A stretch of 64,000 nucleotides of DNA from Eledone cirrhosa (GCA_964016885.1 OZ024757.1:1550001-1614000); one strand, 5' to 3'; shown: positions 13,201 to 26,669, counted from the first letter of the stretch. Made by a program: numbers and translations. Notes: generated by a model from the letters alone, not told the origin.

Positions 13201-13859
13201 GTGACAATACAATAGTATATATAGAGTAATGTAAATGTTATATGAGATATTATGTGAGGTAAAGCCTTTACTGTGAAAATACAATAGTATATATAGAGTA
13301 ATGTAAATGGTAAAGGGTTAATCAATGTCTTTCATTAGAAATATGATTTTAAAAAGGGTCAAATTGTTTATATTTATCTGAGAAAAACTCCCATTACAAT
13401 TCTATGCAAGAACCTTTGTTAAGTTACGTTCCAAATACCATATTGACAATGAGAGAGTTACATATATTTCAAAATCACTCCAAATTCTCAACTGTTTTCA
13501 AAATAATTCTAAAATTGTTGGCAACGTCTTTTATTTGAAATATGGTTTTAAAAGGATTAAAGTTCATATATTACACCCTAGTAGCTCCTCTCTCTAACAT
13601 TTGTTCTACCCCCACTACCACCCCTTAACCACTCTAAAGACCTCAAATACCATTGTAGCTACTCACCCTTCACTGTTGCCCCCTCACCAGAACTGGGAGG
13701 GTTCTACAGTTGGGTCTATCACCAACAATCTCTCTAGTGATGGTGCTATGAAAATAGACGTGGTACACTCTGTAAGGGTGGTTGGCAACAGGAAGGGCAC
13801 TGCACTGTAGAAACTATGCCTAAGAGGGTTGAGAGGACCCTCTAGTGTGATCTTCATGA

Positions 13860-14110
13860 TAAAAGAACCCAGTACACTCTGTAGTGTAGTTGGTGTTAGG
13901 AAGGGCATCCAGCCATAGAAAACTGCCAAACAAAGGGTTGGGAGGATCCTTCAGTTTGTGTCAAAAGACACAACTTCACCCCTGTACTTGATATGACTGT
14001 AAGGAGGAACAGACCTCCCTGGCCTGTCTGGGATGTCAGTGGCCCTTTTTCAGTACTTGGTCTATGTAGACCTGTCCAACCCTAGCAAGGAAAGCGGTGA
14101 TGGTGATGAT
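13860..14110 (+). mobile_element. SINE/RTE-tail-like repeat; relative at 59550-59925
   Basis: Contains the ggtgttaggaagggcatccagc motif, gtctatgtagacctgtccaacc and a (gat)n-like tail. Confidence 0.6.
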
Positions 14111-14410
14111 GATATATATATGTGTAGATATGTATATATGTATACAAGATAAAACTTCAGACAGGCTAGAGACCAAACCTGTTCAGCGTTATCAATGCAA
14201 CACGGTCTGTAAATCTGAAGGAGGTCTAAAGAGAGATATCAAGGGTGATCAAGATATACGGTCGAAGCTGCACAAAAACTAATTTATGTGGGACAGCTTT
14301 TCAAGTGTGTCTGGTGTATGTCTGACTATTATGTATACATACACAAACACACACACATATATATATATATATACACAAACACACACACATATATATATAT
14401 ATATACACAG

Positions 14411-14441
<31 letters not shown>

Positions 14442-14444
14442 CAG

Positions 14445-14475
<31 letters not shown>

Positions 14476-14588
14476 CACAGACACACACACACACATATAT
14501 ATATATACACAAACACACACACACACATATATATATATACATATATATAGACACACACCCACATATATATATATATATATACACACAG

Positions 14589-14625
<37 letters not shown>

Positions 14626-14643
14626 CACAGACACACACACATA

Positions 14644-15232
14644 TCATCATCATCATTTTACGTCCGCTTTTCCCTGCTTGCAAGGGTGGGACGGGTCTTA
14701 TTCAGCACAGCATCTCTCCACTCATCACGGTCCCTCGTCATCTCTACCGTGAGCTTCAACGATCTGAGGTCTGTTCTCACCACCTCCACCCATGTTTTTC
14801 GTGGTCTACCTCTACCACATCTTCCTTCAACTGGCATTTCCTGGCACTTCTTCACCCATCGGTCATCCTCCATGCGCATCACATGTCCATACCACTTCAG
14901 TCTCCTCTCCCGTACACTACATTCTATCCCTCTCAGACACAGTTTCTCTCTCAACACATTTATGCTGGGTCGTTCACGCATATTTACACTGCACATCCAG
15001 CAGAGCATGCTTGCCTCATTTCTCTCCAGACGTCGCATATCTTCTGCAGTTGCTGCCCATGTCTCACTACCATGCAGCATCACGCTCCTCACACAGGCAT
15101 CATATAACCGGCCTTTCGTACGCAGGGAGAAACCCTTCTTCGTCAGCAGAGGAAGCAGCTCCCTAAACTTCTTCCAAACCGTCCTTATTCTAGATACTAT
15201 GGCCTCGTAACACCCTCCTCCCATGCTAATCT
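14644..15232 (-). mobile_element. RTE LINE 3' end, second subfamily
   Basis: GGGCYEAIVSRIRT.WKKFRELLPLL, LHGSETW, RLKWYGHVMR, RGRPRKTW; tail gcaagcagggaaaagcggacgtaaaa(tga)n. The same tail occurs at 41975-42150 (+). Confidence 0.92.
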
Positions 15233-15403
15233 GCAACAAATAGGAACATATATTTATATATATATATACACACACACACATATATATATATACACACACA
15301 TATATATATACACACACAGACACACATATATATATATACACACACACAGGCATATATATACACATATATATACACATATATATATCATATATATATACAC
15401 ACA

Positions 15404-15760
15404 CATCATCATCATCATCAACAACGTTTAACGTCCATTTTCCACGCTAGCATGGGTTAGACGGGAGTTGTCACACTTGAGCCAATGGTCGGGTGACCAT
15501 GTCTCGCTCGTATAGGACTATCTGGCGGGTTTTCTACGGCTGGATGCCCTTCCTAACACCAACCACATTTACAGTGTGGAACTGGGAACTTTTTACCGTG
15601 TTACCTACACGGCCACATTACAGCGTGGACTGTGTTTTTTGTCGTGACACCTACACGACCTCATTTATTTTGGACTGGATGTTGTGGTACCAACATAACT
15701 TTATAGAGAAAGGGTGGTGTTGGTGGGAGTGGGAGGTGGGGTGGTGCAGTGGGTTGGGGT
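15404..15760 (-). mobile_element. RTE 3'UTR fragment
   Basis: Same 3'UTR family as 431-727. Confidence 0.87.
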
Positions 15761-15814
15761 ATATACATATATATACACACACATATATATATATACACAC
15801 ACACACATATATAT

Positions 15815-15875
<61 letters not shown>

Positions 15876-15999
15876 TATATATATATACACACACACATAT
15901 ATATATATACACACACACACATATATATATATTTATTAAAATAACTTATTAAAGATTAAGCAAAGAATCGCTGCTTTCACCCTTCAGCGATTCGTTGCT

Positions 16000-16345
16000 T
16001 AAACTTTAATCTAACTCATTGAAGGTAGAAGCTAAGTCTTTTTTAAACCGGTCGAGGTCGTGACCACTTTTATGGCTCGATAAGGTCAGTCCATCGTTGC
16101 GGTATATTCCCGTGTGGAAGTCCGGGAATCTAACACGTAATGTCTAAAATAAATAGGCCAATCAAGTTGCATACGTCAGCAGTGTCAAACGATCCCATGG
16201 AGACGTCGAATAGTTCTGAAGTTGTTGACTTCTTTGCCCAGGCTACTCCGTTTTTGAAGAGGAGGGTTTTCCGGCAGTGAGCGATGATTTCCCTATCTAA
16301 ACCATCGACGGTGGTATAAGTGGTAGCGAAGTCCAACGCTTGTTC
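16000..16345 (-). pseudogene. Penelope-like reverse transcriptase fragment
   Basis: IIAHCRKTLLF..WAKK..FDVSMGSFD.A.VCNLIGLFIL, then GIYRNDGL in another frame (YRDD-like motif typical of PLE RTs). Confidence 0.82.
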
Positions 16346-17549
16346 CCTTCAACAGCAATGCAACACTACCCGCTGTAGTTTATGAAGCTGTGGTCACTTC
16401 CAACCAACCAAATCCCACAGGAGGTCAAATCCTATATGGGTATTCTTCATACGTTGTCCACACGTCTGGAAACACCTCTTACAAAACTACAAAGCTCCAG
16501 ATTGAATTACAACAACATCCTAATTTTCTTATCAACTAGAAACTTTCAAACTTTCGCAATTATCTCCCTTACACCTCTCGCACGCAATTTAGTATTGCCT
16601 GTGTGAAGTGATCGTTTCTGCGCATGCACGTTTGTATGGTTGTCCTTCCTGTTCTGTTGTCTATTACGAGCTGAGGATCCGCTAAGGTAAAACAATTGTT
16701 CTCGGTATGGTGAACTAACTGTTGTGTAACCACTTCTACCTAACTCGTCCCATGGACTGAGTGCTCTACCACTATGGATATTACCTTGCAGTGTTCTACC
16801 ACTATATATATCGATACATAGAACAAAGAAGGTGTGGTAAGATACCAGGTGGACCATCACACACCAGAGTACTCGATACTTGGGGTAGTAGAGTGGGTAA
16901 TAAGAAAAGAGTCAAGACCCCGACGGTTGAGCTCCAGCTGTTTTAACAGCTAGATCGGATCTAGCAGTCGGGGCCTTCCTTGACCTTTTCCTATATATAT
17001 ACATATATACACACATATATACATACATATATACAACAATGCGAAATGGACGGATAAACGCATCAGATGAAACAAGATGTTATGTGTTTTACCTTTATTT
17101 ATATGTCCTGATATTTTGAGATTAAAATCTCTTCTGCCAAGGAAAATAAAAGGGACTACTCCAGTGTCTGCTGGCGCAGGGGCTTTTATTATTATTATTA
17201 TTTTTCAAAGGGTGGTGGATTGGCATTATCGGTAGTGGGTCGGACACCATGCTTTGCATCATAGAGTTACAGCACACACACAAATACTCATATATGCATC
17301 AACATAATCGTGTAAACACATACATGCACATACACAATAAAGAAGCTAATGGGTGAAGGGTGAAAGTCTTCTCGCACAAGCAGATAAGCCCACACACCTA
17401 TGCACAAATATATGTGCACTCCTTAGGTATATAATTATATGTCTACATGCTCATATGCAGGCCTATATGTACCTCTATCTGTAAAGACCAGTGGCCTTCT
17501 AAGGTAGGGGTTATATACCTAGTTCTAAGTTAGGTATTGTGTGCTTAGT

Positions 17550-17803
17550 TCTAGTCTATTAAGGTTTTACAGGTGTGTTCTGGCTATGATTAATGCTTCC
17601 GTAATTCTGAGATTACCGAGGTTTCTATCTTTTGTTTCAACCTTGACTGTTATTTTTTTGGTGGTGATTTTGCATTTCTCTAAGTGTTTCTTGAAAGAGG
17701 AAGTGTTAGTGTTAATGTGTTCCTTAATCCTGATGTGTTGGTGTCTGGTGGTGCCACCTATATAGAAGTTGTCACATTTATCACACTGGACTCTGTACAC
17801 GTC
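17550..17803 (-). pseudogene. Penelope GIY-YIG endonuclease fragment
   Basis: VYRVQCDKCDNFYIGGTTR..IRIKEH...HL..C...LRITEALII. Confidence 0.87.
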
Positions 17804-17829
17804 GCATATATATATATATATATATATAT

Positions 17830-18164
17830 CATTTCATTTCATTTTACGTCCGCTTTTCCCTGCTTGCAAGGGTGGGACGGGAACTGATTCTGGCTTGATT
17901 TCTACAGCTGAATGCCCTTCCTAACAGCAACATCATTTACAGTGAATGCTGGGTGCTTTTTTTCCGTGGTGCCTCCACGACCACTTTACAGTGGAATGAT
18001 ATGGACCCTAGTTCCTATCATCTCATTTCTACAGCTGAGTAAACTGGAGCAATGTGAAATAAAGTGTCTTGCTCAAGGAAACAACACATCAGCCGGTCTG
18101 AGAATTGAACTCACAACCTTTCAATTTCAAGGCCAATGTTCTAACCACTAAGCCATGTGCCTCC
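17830..18164 (-). mobile_element. Composite SINE: tRNA head, CORE-like box and RTE-derived tail; copies at 18857-19145 (+), 21885-22285 (-), 22940-23228 (+)
   Basis: TGGCTTAGTGG A-box and GAGTTCAATTC B-box, then ccttgagcaagacactttatttcac, then RTE 3'UTR-like sequence and a (tgaaa)n tail. Confidence 0.8.
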
Positions 18165-18184
18165 ATATATATATATATGCATAA

Positions 18185-18490
18185 ATATATCCGAAGACCC
18201 TCTTCGGTCACGAATTACCATGTGATTTACACCTAGAAAGTTTCCCTCCGAAGAACAAGTCCGGGCAAGGTTGTTTGAGGAAGACCAGTAGTCATCTATG
18301 TATACCAGTCTCCCCTCTCCACGCCACCGATGTTGTCTAAGGGGAAGGCTATGGCTGATACAGCTTGACACCAGTGTCGTTGCAACTCATTTCTACAGCT
18401 GAATAAACTGGAGCAACGTGAAATAAAGTGTCTTGCTCAAGGACACAATGCATCATCCGGTCCGAGAATTGAACTCACAATCTTTCAAGT
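18185..18490 (-). mobile_element. Related SINE with a different tail; duplicate at ~22305-22610
   Basis: B-box gagttcaattctc plus the same central box, followed by a distinct 3' part. Confidence 0.7.
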
Positions 18491-18797
18491 TGACCTGTTG
18501 TGAGTCAAGCCAGGTCAGATGACCATATCTTGGTCATATATATATTAAGCAAACCACGAGTCTGATAAACTACTGATTCCACAATCATATTGATACAGAT
18601 TTACCTTGAGCTGATCAACTGTGAAACACCTGTCACACTTGAAGAAACTTAATGTTGATACTTTCACACCTTGGTCCTCTTCCTTATTATCAACACTCTG
18701 AAACCATGGTATAACCCCACATACTATACTATACCGCACCTATGTATTGAGTACTCATGTTGGTGAACCAATAGTAACATAAAGTTACAAGACATTA

Positions 18798-18858
<61 letters not shown>

Positions 18859-19518
18859 ATCGAAAGGTTGTGAGTTCAATTCTCAGACCGGGTGAACAAG
18901 ACACTTTATTTCACATTACTCCAGTTTACTCAGCTGTAGAAATGAGATGATAGGGACTGAGGTCCCTATCATTCCACTGCAAGGTGGTCGTGGAGGCGCC
19001 ACAGAAAAAAAGCACCCAGCACTCACTGTAAATGAGGTTGGTGTTAGGAAGGGCATCCAGCTGTAGAAATCAAGCCAGAATCAGTTCCCGTCCCACCCCT
19101 GCAAGCAGGGAAAAAGCGGACGTAAAATGAAATGATGAATGAAATGAATATATATTCAAGGAGTATAACATCATTATCACAGGAGGTCCAACGAGCTTTT
19201 GATTTCAGAGGCAGGCCAGATTGATATAGATCAAACCTTGAGCTGATCAATAGCGAAACGCGTGTACCCCAATCAATAAATGTAATGAAGATATAACAAA
19301 TCGTCCATATATATATATAACCAACAACCAACAACTTAATTTATAAAATAATTTTTTTTAAGAAAAATTTTTTTCTAATCCGGAAAGAGAAAAAAAAAAA
19401 AAAAAAAATTCTTTTTGGATTTTGCGAAGAAAATAAATTTGTTGAAAGCACAAGTGAAGCCATTTTTTCTTCCCCCCTGTCTTAATATAGCTAACTGTAC
19501 CAAGGATTACACACATTT

Positions 19519-19559
<41 letters not shown>

Positions 19560-19560
19560 T

Positions 19561-19616
19561 AATGTAAGTATGCATGTATACGTACATACATATATGTATA
19601 CAGACGTACAGTAGTA

Positions 19617-19671
<55 letters not shown>

Positions 19672-20276
19672 CATATATGCATACAGGTACACATACATAT
19701 ATGCACGTATCAGTTTAGCGGACGCTTATTATAACGCCGGCCGCTTTGTTCGTTTGTAAACAAACTGAACAGCCTGAATTTATGCCATACGGTGTTAAGG
19801 CAACCACGTCACCTTTTTGTTCAACACTGACACAGGAACGATGTACTAGTTTCAAGCTTGTTAGCTATCATCAGCACCGTTTACCCATCTGCCAGATAGT
19901 TGAACGTTCGAAAGTATATACTTTCCTTATGAAAATTAACGGCTGAGCAGCCTAATTTGCATATTGAGTGAGTTAAATCGGTCAGGCATACCGAAATGCA
20001 AATTAGGCTGCTCAGCCGTTAATTTTCATAAGGAAAGTATATACTTTCGAACGTTCAACTATCTGGCAGATGGGTAAACGGTGCTGATGATAGCTAACAA
20101 GCTTGAAACTAGTACATCGTTCTTGTGTCAGTGTTGAACAAAAAGGTGACGTGGTTGCCTTAACACCGTATGGCATAAATTCAGGCTGTTCAGTTTGTTT
20201 ACAAACGAATAAAGCGGCGTTATAATAAGCGTCCGCTAAACTGATACGTGCATATATGTATGTGTACCTGTATGCA

Positions 20277-20320
<44 letters not shown>

Positions 20321-20376
20321 TACTACTGTACGTCTGTATACATATATGTATGTACGTATACATGAATACTTACATT
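19561..20376. mobile_element. Fold-back element (arms 19561-19962 / 19996-20376, 33-bp spacer) inserted in (TA)n
   Basis: The arms are near-perfect reverse complements. It is absent from duplicate copy B (~23603-23620). Its outer end is shared with the Penelope-associated sequence at 40580-40710. Confidence 0.88.
20077..20121 (+). ncRNA. Minimal type I hammerhead ribozyme; mirror copy at 19837-19881 (-)
   Basis: AACGGTG-CTGATGA-T-AGCT aaca AGCT-T-GAA-ACTAGT-A-CATCGTT. Stem I is 7 bp, stem III is the palindrome ACTAGT, and the predicted cut is after A20114. The stem II closing pair is non-canonical (U-U). Confidence 0.75.
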
Positions 20377-20438
20377 TAAGTAAGTGCCATACTAAGAGTG
20401 AGAAATGAAATTTCGTTTTCATTTTATTTCAATTTATA

Positions 20439-20492
<54 letters not shown>

Positions 20493-20699
20493 AAAAGATA
20501 TATGTAAATATAGAGAGAAAGAACCATATATTGTAGAGAAAAGACAGTATATTGTATATATACTAGATATATATTTCAGAGATGAATATGTTCTCAAGAT
20601 GGAATCATTAGAGACCTTATATTTCGTATTCAGGAGACTGTAATTTAAATTCAATCCAGGTAATCTATTATTAATCACAAACTATCGATTATAATTAAA

Positions 20700-21060
20700 C
20701 CACAGGAGACTGAGAACACTCCTCAGAGGTGTAGTCTCAACATTCTAAGAGAATTATAGAAGCAAAATAGTATATAGAACAACATGCCTTCCAATATCCA
20801 GAGATAAGGTTGATGTGACAACCATGTTGACAGTAGCATGGTGTGACAGTGTTAAGCCCAAGACAAGAGATATCAACAAAGGTGGTTATTCCGCTAGAGA
20901 TAGGCACGGAAATTATAGTCACTTCAATAGATATACATTTATTGATGAAGGACTAGCATCCAAAACGTTAAGACTCTTTCCCTACTATATCAAGTGTAAA
21001 ACTAATATATTTCTTCATTGTACTGTGTTGTTTCCTTTGTTATTTCTGTTTGCCTCTTGC
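20700..21060 (+). mobile_element. Decayed Penelope-like 3' end with a degenerate hammerhead; duplicate at ~23830-24190
   Basis: RIIEAK-like GIY-YIG tail residue, followed by TTGATGAA-GGA ctagca TCC-AAAACGTTA (~20942-20970). Confidence 0.4.
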
Positions 21061-21084
21061 ATACATAGATACATACAGGCATAT

Positions 21085-21118
<34 letters not shown>

Positions 21119-21846
21119 TTGTATACATAAATATATATATATGTATCTCATCATCATCATCATCGTTAAATGTCCATGATGATGATGATGATGATGACAT
21201 ATATATATTTATGTATACAAATATATATATATATATTTATGAATACAAATATATATATATATTTATGTATACAAATATATATACTGTATATGCCTGTGTA
21301 AAAGTTGAATATTTTTGACCATTTTTAAGGTTAAATTTTGGGGTCAACTATTCCCTGGATATTTCTGGGGCGGGGGGGGGGGGGGCTTGATGGGGGACTA
21401 GCATCAAGCTAGAACCTAAAGGACCGTATCAGTAACAGAATCACAATTGATCTCTAAACAAACAAACACAAAAACACTGAATTACAGTAATGTTACAAAT
21501 TATGGGCATAAAAACACACGTCCTCGTAAATATCAAATTCCATAAACAAGGTTGTGTAATTTGTATAAATATTTACATTTGCTCGTTTACTGATATCAAT
21601 CAAACACAACAGACTTGTTTGGGAAAGTGTTTAGTTTCAGACATATATTTGTAATAAAATCAATTTACCTTAGATTTATGACTTTAAAACAATGTAATTT
21701 CTACAGGACGATACCTTGACCCACAAATGTTGACCTGTTATCCATGAAATACTTGGGTCAATTTTTCTACAAAGTCTACGAAAAATTCCAAATTTTGGAG
21801 CCAAAAATAACGAGTCAACTTTTACATGAGATTGACCATTACTTGA

Positions 21847-21887
<41 letters not shown>

Positions 21888-24800
21888 CATCATCATCATC
21901 ATCACCACCATTTTACGTCCGTTCTTCCACGCTAGCATGGGTTAGACGGGTTGTCCTATTGTGGGCAGTGTCTGGTCGGCTGACCATGCCTTGCTCATAC
22001 AGGAACTGATTTGGCTTGATTTCTACAGCTGGATACCCTTCATAACACCAACCTCATTTACAGTGAGTGCTGGGTGCATTTTTTCCGTGGCGCCTCCACG
22101 ACCACTTTACAGTGGAATGATATGGACCCTAGTTCCTATCACCTCATTTCTACAGCTGAGTAAACTGGAGCAATGTGAAATAAAGTGTCTTGCTCAAGGA
22201 AACAACACATCAGCCGGTCTGAGAATTGAACTCACAACCTTTCAATTTCAAGGCCAATGTTCTAACCACTAAGCCATGTGCCTCCATATATATATATATG
22301 CATAAATATATCCGAAGACCCTCTTCGGTCACGAATTACCATGTGATTTACACCTAGAAAGTTTCCCTCCGAAGAACAAGTCCGGGCAAGGTTGTTTGAG
22401 GAAGACCAGTAGTCATCTATGTATACCAGTCTCCCCTCTCCACGCCACCGATGTTGTCTAAGGGGAAGGCTATGGCTGATACAGCTTGACACCAGTGTCG
22501 TTGCAACTCATTTCTACAGCTGAATAAACTGGAGCAACGTGAAATAAAGTGTCTTGCTCAAGGACACAATGCATCATCCGGTCTGAGAATTGAACTCACA
22601 ATCTTTCAAGTTGACCTGTTGTGAGTCAAGCCAGGTCAGATGACCATATCTTGGTCATATATATATTAAGCAAACCACGAGTCTGATAAACTACTGATTC
22701 CACAATCATATTGATACAGATTTACCTTGAGCTGATCAACTGTGAAACACCTGTCACACTTGAAGAAACTTAATGTTGATACTTTCACACCTTGGTCCTC
22801 TTCCTTATTATCAACACTCTGAAACCATGGTATAACCCCACATACTATACTATACCGCACCTATGTATTGAGTACTCCTGTTGGTGAACCAATAGTAACA
22901 TAAAGTTACAAGACATTAAACTATATATATATATATATGCAATCGAAAGGTTGTGAGTTCAATTCTCAGACCAGATGAACAAGACACTTTATTTCACATT
23001 ACTCCAGTTTACTCAGCTGTAGAAATGAGATGATAGGGACTGAGGTCCCTATCATTCCACTGCAAGGTGGTTGTGGAGGCGCCACAGAAAAAAAGCACCC
23101 AGCACTCACTGTAAATGAGGTTGGTGTTAGGAAGGGCATCCAGCTGTAGAAATCAAGCCAGAATCAGTTCCCGTCCCACCCCTGCAAGCAGGGAGAAAGC
23201 GGACGTAAAATGAAATGATGAATGAAATGAATATATATTCAAGGAGTATAACATCATTATCACAGGAGGTCCAACGAGCTTTTGATTTCAGAGGCAGGCC
23301 AGATTGATATAGATCAAACCTTGAGCTGATCAATAGCGAAACGCGTGTACCCCAATCAATAAATGTAATGAAGATATAACAAATCGTCCATATATATATA
23401 TAACCAACAACCAACAACTTAATTTATAAAATAATTTTTTTTAAGAAAAATTTTTTTCTAATCCGGAAAGAGATAAAAAAAAAAAAAAAAATTCTTTTTT
23501 GATTTTGCGAAGAAAATAAATTTGTTGAAAGCACAAGTGAAGCCAATTTTTCTTCCCCCCTGTCTTAATATACCTAACTGTACCAAGGATTACACACATT
23601 TTCCAATATATATATATAAAATGTAAAAGATATATGTATATATAGAGAGAAAGAACCATATATTGTAGAGAAAAGACAGTATATTGTATATATACTAGAT
23701 ATATATTTCAGAGATGAATATGTTCTCAAGATGGAATCATTAGAGACCTTATATTTCGTATTCAGTAGACTGTAATTTAAATTCAATCCAGGTAATCTAT
23801 TATTAATCACAAACTATCGATTATAATTAAACCACAGGAGACTGAGAACACTCCTCAGAGGTGTAGTCTCAACATTCTAAGAGAATTATAGAAGCAAAAT
23901 AGTATATAGAACAACATGCCTTCCAATATCCAGAGATAAGGTTGATGTGACAACCATGTTGACAGTAGCATGGTGTGACAGTGTTAAGCCCAAGACAAGA
24001 GATATCAACAAAGGTGGTTATTCCGCTGGAGATAGGCACGGAAATTATAGTCACTTCAATAGATATACATTTATTGATGAAGGACTAGCATCCAAAACGT
24101 TAAGACTCTTTCCCTACTATATCAAGTGTAAAACTAATATATTTCTTCATTGTACTGTGTTGTTTGCTTTGTTATTTCTGTTTGCCTCTTGCATACATAG
24201 ATACATACAGGCATACACGCACACACACACACATATATATATATATATTTGTATACATAAATATATATATATGTATCTCATCATCATCATCATCATCATC
24301 GTTAAACGTCCATGATGATGATGATGATGATGATGACATATATATATTTATGTATACAAATATATATATATATATTTATGAATACAAATATATATATATA
24401 TTTATGTATACAAATATATATACCGTATATGCCTGTGTAAAAGTTGAATATTTTTGACCATTTTTAAGGTTAAATTTCTGGGGTCAACTATTCCCTGGAT
24501 ATTTCGGGAAGGGGGGGGGGGGGGCTTGATGTGGGACTAGCATCAAGCTAGAACCTAAAGGACCGTATCAGTAACAGAATCACAATTGATCTCTAAACAA
24601 ACAAACACAAAAACACTGAATTACAGTAATGTTACAAATTATGGGCATAAAAACACGTCCTCGTAAATATCAAATTCCATAAACAAGGTTGTGTAATTTG
24701 TATAAATATTTACATTTGCTCGTTTACTGATATCAATCAAACACAACAGACTTGTTTGGGAAAGTGTTTAGTTTCAGACATATATTTGTAATAAAATCAA

Positions 24801-24983
24801 TTTACCATAGATTCATGACTTTAAAACAATGTAATTTCTACAGGACGATACCTTGACCCACAAATGTTGACCTGTTATCCATGAAATACTTGGGTCAACT
24901 TTTCTACAAAGTCTACGAAAAATTCCAAATTTTGGAGCCAAAAATAACGAGTCAACTTTTACATGAGATTGACCATTACTTGA

Positions 24984-25030
<47 letters not shown>

Positions 25031-25032
<2 letters not shown>

Positions 25033-26165
25033 CATCATCATCATCATCATCACCGTTTTACGTCCGTTCTTCCACGCTAGCATGGGTTAGACGGGTTGTC
25101 CTATTGTGGGCAGTGTCTGGTCGGCTGACCATGCCTTGCTCATACAGGAACTGATTTGGCTTGATTTCTACAGCTGGATGCCCTTCCTAACACCAACCTC
25201 ATTTACAGTGAGTGCTGTGTGCTTTTTCGTGGCGCCTACACGTCCACTTTACAGTGTGGGCTGAGTGCTTTTTTGCCGTGGCACCTCCCGACCACCTTTC
25301 AGTGGGGGGGGGGGCATATTGTCTATATGCTTCAGCTTGTACCCATGGGAGGTCGGGTACTCTGTATTACTGCGTGACGCCAGAGGTCACGGGTGTGTGT
25401 CATCGCCTTTGAGAGGTGTAATTGGGTAAGGTCGGCTTTTATCACCTCATCCCAGGTCATCTTCGGTCTCCCCACTCCACGGTTTCCATCGACTTCTAGT
25501 GCTCTGCACCTTTTTATGCAGCTGTCATCCATCATACGCATCACATGTCCATACCAACGCAACCACCTCTCCTGCACACAGCATTTGATTCCTCTTATGC
25601 TCAGTCTTTTTCTCAATTCATTTATGCTTTGTCGTTCGCGTATATTACTATTACACATCCATCGGAGCATGCAGGCTTCGTTTCTCTCTAATCTACATAA
25701 GTCTTCCAGCTTCAGCGCCCAGGTGTCACTACCATGTAACATTGTTCGTATATACGCATCATACAGTCTACCTTTCATTTTGAGGGAGAAACCTTTTGCA
25801 GCTAGCAGTGGTAGTAGTTCCCTAAACTTCTTCCATCCCGTTCTTACCCTAGTTATTGTACTTTCCGAACACCCACCTCCGCTGCTAATTTGGTCACCTA
25901 GGTAGCAGAAGCTGTCTACTGTTTCTACAGAGCCCTCCCAGACTTTGGTGGTACTTGTTTCCTGTGGCTGTTTGCTGCTTGCTGTCCCAGCACAGCTGCT
26001 ACATGTGAAGCCTACATTCTTAGTTAAGCTTCCTGAGATCCCGCTACATCTCTTGTGTACCCATTGTTTGCATTTGGGGCAGAGAATGGAGTTCCTACCT
26101 ATACCTTTCCTACATACTGAGCAAGGCCATTTCCCTGAGGGGATCTGGGTTCTGTTTTCTCGTCT
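25031..26165 (-). mobile_element. RTE LINE 3' part, 5'-truncated
   Basis: ORF 25332-25778 ([23 protein letters not shown]); reverse complement of ~29515-30640. Confidence 0.93.
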
Positions 26166-26390
26166 GTTACAGTATCATATATATATATATGATACTGTAA
26201 GGAGAGACGAACCCTGGTGGTCTCTGTCCCTTGTGATTTGAGCACATATAGTTATATATCTGTTTGTCTCTCTTTACAGTATTATAAGGCTCAGAAAAAT
26301 GTTTCTCCTTGAGCTATTTTAATTATAGGGGACCTTTGTGAGTTTTTAACTCAATATATACTTTTGATAAATATATATATATATAGATAA

Positions 26391-26607
26391 ATTTCTTTAT
26401 TAGCCACGAGGGCACAAAAGAAGGGCACAAATACAAATGGGGAGTTTACATACAGGTATATGAAAATAAAACTATTAATAAAACAACAAATAACAATTGA
26501 AATCCCCAATAGAGGGGAGGCGTTACACAGGGGTTGTACACACCCCGAAAAAAATGTACAACCCTCATCTCTAGGAGCACCAAGAGTGAGTACTCCCTTC
26601 CTCTCTT

Positions 26608-26610
<3 letters not shown>
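26391..26610 (-). mobile_element. L1/Tx1-like 3'UTR remnant between (TA)n tracts
   Basis: Similar to the 11689-11920 and 40330-40558 3'UTRs; ends in AATAAAGAAA. Confidence 0.78.

Positions 26611-26669
<59 letters not shown>

Larger units (their letters stand above)
10527..13317 (+). mobile_element. TTAA-flanked non-autonomous DNA transposon (piggyBac-type ends) expanded by an internal minisatellite and a LINE insertion
   Basis: TTAA|CCCTTTAGCAT ... ATGGTAAAGGG|TTAA (TIR 10/11 match; TTAA at 10523-10526 and 13318-13321). A short relative lies at 58829-59026. Confidence 0.75.
17881..25147 (+). repeat. Tandem segmental duplication, copy A ~17881-22001 and copy B ~22002-25147
   Basis: Identical or near-identical ORF pairs (18141/22262, 18545/22666, 19044/23127, 20737/23869, 21744/24881). 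Copy A has an extra ~0.9-kb insert. Confidence 0.95.

Noticed and set aside
19963-19999. Additional hammerhead in the palindrome spacer (cggt...accgaaa)
   Set aside because: No CUGANGA core at the required position and no stem I.
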